From the IMG/VR virus record IMGVR_UViG_2936514734_000001, positions 64,001 through 128,000 of that record: a DNA stretch of 64,000 nt. The stretch is one strand, 5' to 3'. Positions 60,549 to 64,000 of this stretch are shown here, one piece after another; the stretch's first letter is position 1; each line of letters opens with the position of its first letter. This stretch comes from a virus (Duplodnaviria; Caudoviricetes). The translations under genes and the position numbers were made by a program. The notes below the pieces were generated by a model. That model made no database searches. It was not told the DNA's origin and saw only the letters and a program-made list of their open reading frames with translations.

Positions 60549-61239
60549 GAATATAACCTCTTCCCCTTACGGTCTTTATGTAATCTGAACCAATCTGTTG
60601 GCGTAATCTTTTTATATTAACCTCTAGGGTGTTAGTTAATTGACAGCTCGAAGGATCAAAGTTCCAAATATTTTTATACAACTCTTCCTTAGAAATTATT
60701 CTATTTTGATTAGACATAAAATAATGAAGTAATTCAAAAAGCTGGTTGCTTAATTGTACAGAACCTCCATCTACTTTAACTTTGTGAGTGTAGAGATCAA
60801 TTTGAATTCCATCAAACTCTAGTACAGAACTTGGTGCTTGTTCCTGAATTGTTTTCACCCTTCTTAAACAGGTACGAATCCTTGCAAGCAAAACTGTTAA
60901 ATCGTAAGGTTTAGTAATGTAATCTTCCGCTCCTGAATCTAATCCTTGCATAATATCAGTTGAGTCGCTTCTAGATGTCAGAAATATATATGGAGTATCA
61001 TTATGTTTTGATACAAACCTAGCCACTTCTATACCGTTGGTAAAGGCAGAGTTTATACTTGTAGATGTTTTCTTTAATGTTATATCTAAGATCATCAGAT
61101 GATATTTTGAATTAAGAGCGGCATCGACAGCCTCTTCACCTGATGTAAACCAATCTACCTCATATCCCTCCATTTTTAATACCATTTCAAGATTGCTACC
61201 AATTTCAAATTCATCTTCTAGCAATAAAAGCTTATACAT
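60529..61239 (-). CDS. OmpR/PhoB-family response regulator
   Basis: LLEDE, ILDI, GAEDYITKP, wHTH TVRGRGY. Confidence 0.9.
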   Translation of the reverse strand: MYKLLLLEDEFEIGSNLEMVLKMEGYEVDWFTSGEEAVDAALNSKYHLMILDITLKKTSTSINSAFTNGIEVARFVSKHNDTPYIFLTSRSDSTDIMQGLDSGAEDYITKPYDLTVLLARIRTCLRRVKTIQEQAPSSVLEFDGIQIDLYTHKVKVDGGSVQLSNQLFELLHYFMSNQNRIISKEELYKNIWNFDPSSCQLTNTLEVNIKRLRQQIGSDYIKTVRGRGYILEAKYR

Positions 61240-61313
61240 AAACATACCCTCCTAAAGGCTTCGCATGAACTAAAAGTTCGAATGCAACACAGTGCCTATA
61301 AGAGGGGTGTAAG

Positions 61314-62231
61314 TTAAACTACTTTAGTTTTTCCATAAACTTTCTTTTTGTACATGAGGTAGTCAATATCTGAAAACTGAACATTACGAGAATAATCACC
61401 AATTCTAAAAATGCCCCGGTCATTAGTTATTCTATTTTCCACTTTCATTTGACTACCATCTTTTTTTATAACGTTTATAGTCACTGCATTTTTAAGTTCA
61501 CTTTTTATTATCTTATATAATTCAACATTGCGTTGCATTTCTTCACTTTTGTCATACTCTTTGAATTTTTGTTCAACGTGAACCAGTATAGATGCCCTAC
61601 TGTCTGCGCTTAAATGCTCAAGCGCATCTTGCATAATGTCCTCGCCTCTTACGTATCTAATCATATAAGCAAGAATTTTATTTTCAATAGGTCTTATGCA
61701 ATCGGTATTTCTTACTACATAATCAATTGGAGATAAGCCTTTGATGTACCAATCAGCGACTGAGGACTCATGATACGGGTACTCTTCCTTTTCTTTATCA
61801 TCTATACCAAGTTCTTTGGATAAGATAATAGACTGTTTAAGCCCCACCAGAAAATGCTTCTGCATCTCTTCTCGAAGTTGGTCGCCTGTGAATATCTTTA
61901 TTGTAGATGTCAAACCATCAAAATACTTAGAGTCATAACTGCTTTTAAAGATCATGATTTCTTCGTCCACCAAATATACAGCGGTTACATCAACATTATA
62001 CATTTGCCCGAAATTGTCAACTTTGTAAACATCTCTATGGTAACTCATTACAATAAACGGAATTATCTTAGCACCTTCCTCCGCCAATTTTATAATAGTG
62101 ACATTTTCATGTTTTGGGGAAAATTTACTGTTTACGCTACACTCATATATGGAATGAGTGCTTTCACACATAAATTCCTTGAATCTGGATTCACAAAATA
62201 TAGAATACACGTTTGATTTAACCATTGCCAT
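61314..62231 (-). CDS. Hypothetical protein
   Basis: Long ORF with SD. Confidence 0.65.
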   Translation of the reverse strand: MAMVKSNVYSIFCESRFKEFMCESTHSIYECSVNSKFSPKHENVTIIKLAEEGAKIIPFIVMSYHRDVYKVDNFGQMYNVDVTAVYLVDEEIMIFKSSYDSKYFDGLTSTIKIFTGDQLREEMQKHFLVGLKQSIILSKELGIDDKEKEEYPYHESSVADWYIKGLSPIDYVVRNTDCIRPIENKILAYMIRYVRGEDIMQDALEHLSADSRASILVHVEQKFKEYDKSEEMQRNVELYKIIKSELKNAVTINVIKKDGSQMKVENRITNDRGIFRIGDYSRNVQFSDIDYLMYKKKVYGKTKVV

Positions 62232-62335
62232 AAGAAAAACCTACCACCTTTTCTATTTATTAATATAAAAAGGACAACTTGGAAGTTGTCCTTAAAATCC
62301 CAGTTTAGTAGGGGCGTTAGCCCCTAGAAAACGGT

Positions 62336-62947
62336 TTATAATGGGAGTGTATTTTTAATCGCCTGAGTGTAATTATAAAAATCTTGCGTCTGTGTATTTT
62401 GTCTATCTGCAGCTGTGTTTTTACCAAAGAAAACGTTGCGTTGAGCAGTACTAATCTCTAATTGAACGCCCATACCACGAGTTGTTTTATTGCAAATATT
62501 TTCTTCGTTACTGCCCGCCAGTGCTGTTCCTTCTTCAAGGATTTCAGCACTAAAACCATGTGCAACTAATGACTCGTACACTTTCTGTTTCAGTTCTTTG
62601 TCAGCACCGCCGATTTTTGTGTTCTTGTTAATTGAATCTGCGTAACCATGAATAGAGTATGCATAATCTGCTTTAGACACCATTTCTAATGCAGTAGGTT
62701 CATCAAAATTTGTTGAAGTAATATGAAGATCACCATTTCCTGAAGATTTCATTCCCTCAAATAAATAAAGAGACGTAATATCTCCAGCAATGCCAATAGC
62801 TACTTCTGATGTTCCTGTTTCTATACCTCCACCATGGATAGCCATAGTGATAATATTAGATGGGCGATTTGCAAAACGGATACGATAATCTACACCATAT
62901 TCTTCTGCTTCTGATAATTCTTCGAAATTCTTATATTTGTCTGACAC
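62336..62947 (-). CDS. Poly-gamma-glutamate hydrolase (PghP/DUF867 family)
   Basis: DKY..F.EL, AIHGGGIE.GTSE, LHITSTNFDEP, SIHG, GVQLEIS. Confidence 0.9.
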   Translation of the reverse strand: MSDKYKNFEELSEAEEYGVDYRIRFANRPSNIITMAIHGGGIETGTSEVAIGIAGDITSLYLFEGMKSSGNGDLHITSTNFDEPTALEMVSKADYAYSIHGYADSINKNTKIGGADKELKQKVYESLVAHGFSAEILEEGTALAGSNEENICNKTTRGMGVQLEISTAQRNVFFGKNTAADRQNTQTQDFYNYTQAIKNTLPL

Positions 62948-62979
62948 TCAAGGTTCCTCCTGTTTTTTGGATATATATA

Positions 62980-64000
62980 TTAAGCTGCTGATGCGCCTTC
63001 TTTTTTAATAGAAGAAATAAGTCTATTCATCATGCTTCTTTCCGATTGATTACGTTCAATTACCGCTTCTCCTAATTTCCGCTTTTCTTCTAATGTTTCT
63101 TGTATTTTTTCATCAATAGTACCCAATGTAACAAGGCTTATTATGTCTACTACATTATGTGTAGAACCTATTCTATGAACTCGCCCTGCTCGCTGTTCAA
63201 ATACAGCTGGATTCCATGGTGAATCATAATTAATCAAAGTATTAGCGAATTGAATGTTTAAGCCATAGTTTCCTGCGTCTGTTAAGATGAAAAACTTGTA
63301 GTCAGGATCATCTTTGAATGTGACTAACTGTTCCTGCCGCTGAGCTGAAGACATTGCTCCATTTAGTACAGCAACTTTTCCTATCTTACTTAACTCTTCA
63401 ACTATGAGACTTTGCATCTTTGCAAACTGAGTAAAGATAACGATCTTCTGCACCCCTGATTCAATTCGCTCTTTGCATATATCTACAAGCTCATTCAATT
63501 TAGGTGATTTGACCTTTTCAGGTATGAGATTTTGATAATGCTTAGACATACCGCCACCACCCATTGTTAATAGCAAAGGATGATCAGAAGATGCCACCAT
63601 CATATATAGATAACCTAGTACCTGATCTTCTTTTTTACGTTTTTCTTCAACCCAGTTTCCTTCTTCGTCATACCTTCCATTAACTTGTTGAGAAGACAGC
63701 TCTTCTAATAGAGCTAAGAAATCTTCCTGTATCTTGTTGTACAAAGCGGATTGGTCATTATTCATTTCAACATCTCGACGATGGAATATCATTGGCGGTA
63801 AGTCTTTTGCTACATCTTTCTTCAAACGACGTAACATATAAGGAGAAATGATACGGCGAAGTTCGCCTAATCGTTTTGGGCCAATAGGAACGTATCTACG
63901 CCCAAATTTAGAAGCATAAACAATGTATTTCTTACGAAACTCTGTTATCTTGCCTAAAAGACCGGGCTGAACCCATTCCATTAAGGCGTATAACTCTTCA
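62980..64000 (-). CDS. SNF2-family helicase, 5' truncated by the window edge
   Basis: MLRRLKKDV..DLP, SPKL, IFTQF, GLN, WNP…QR.GRVHRIG. Confidence 0.9.
   Translation of the reverse strand, partial: EELYALMEWVQPGLLGKITEFRKKYIVYASKFGRRYVPIGPKRLGELRRIISPYMLRRLKKDVAKDLPPMIFHRRDVEMNNDQSALYNKIQEDFLALLEELSSQQVNGRYDEEGNWVEEKRKKEDQVLGYLYMMVASSDHPLLLTMGGGGMSKHYQNLIPEKVKSPKLNELVDICKERIESGVQKIVIFTQFAKMQSLIVEELSKIGKVAVLNGAMSSAQRQEQLVTFKDDPDYKFFILTDAGNYGLNIQFANTLINYDSPWNPAVFEQRAGRVHRIGSTHNVVDIISLVTLGTIDEKIQETLEEKRKLGEAVIERNQSERSMMNRLISSIKKEGASAA

Noticed and set aside
61268-61280. Possible SOS box GAAC-TAAAA-GTTC
   Set aside because: Spacer is 5 nt rather than 4
1078-62216. Many short antisense or alternate-frame ORFs in the track (e.g. 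1078-1266, 9108-9422, 11347-11811, 32634-33077, 36339-36695, 61854-62216)
   Set aside because: They overlap well-supported genes or the intron and lack SDs and motifs; treated as shadow ORFs
1-64000. CRISPR array, tRNA or rRNA genes
   Set aside because: No regularly spaced repeats and no tRNA consensus seen by eye; the Cas4-like genes are solo

Overview
AT-rich (roughly one-third GC, by eye) Bacillaceae-type extrachromosomal replicon, most likely a large plasmidial/jumbo prophage (inference). The window opens with the end of a probable virion-structural operon (+), then runs mostly on the - strand. It carries nucleotide and NAD metabolism genes (class I RNR, dNK, NupC, Prs-like and NAMPT-like pair), terC/terD/terD, an AEP primase plus DnaB-like helicase, RuvC, a sigma factor, two Cas4-like nucleases, BRO/KilA antirepressors, a two-component system, PghP and a SNF2 helicase. 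It appears to hold the replicon's terminus: a Bacillus-type dif site (8981-9008) and rtp with an inverted Ter pair (22450-22585). Features not shown by the ORF track: a 2.9-kb cargo cassette between directly repeated dif-like sites; a group I intron with homing endonuclease (31907-33315) splitting the NAMPT/Namat-like gene of a probable NARP1 pair; a type I toxin-antitoxin locus; about a dozen candidate ORF-less small RNAs, concentrated around dif; and a switch-like leader before the antirepressor genes. The 4096-5918 ORFs form a reverse-architecture T7SS lipase toxin cassette. No CRISPR array, tRNA or rRNA was seen. All family assignments come from motif recognition by eye, not database searches.
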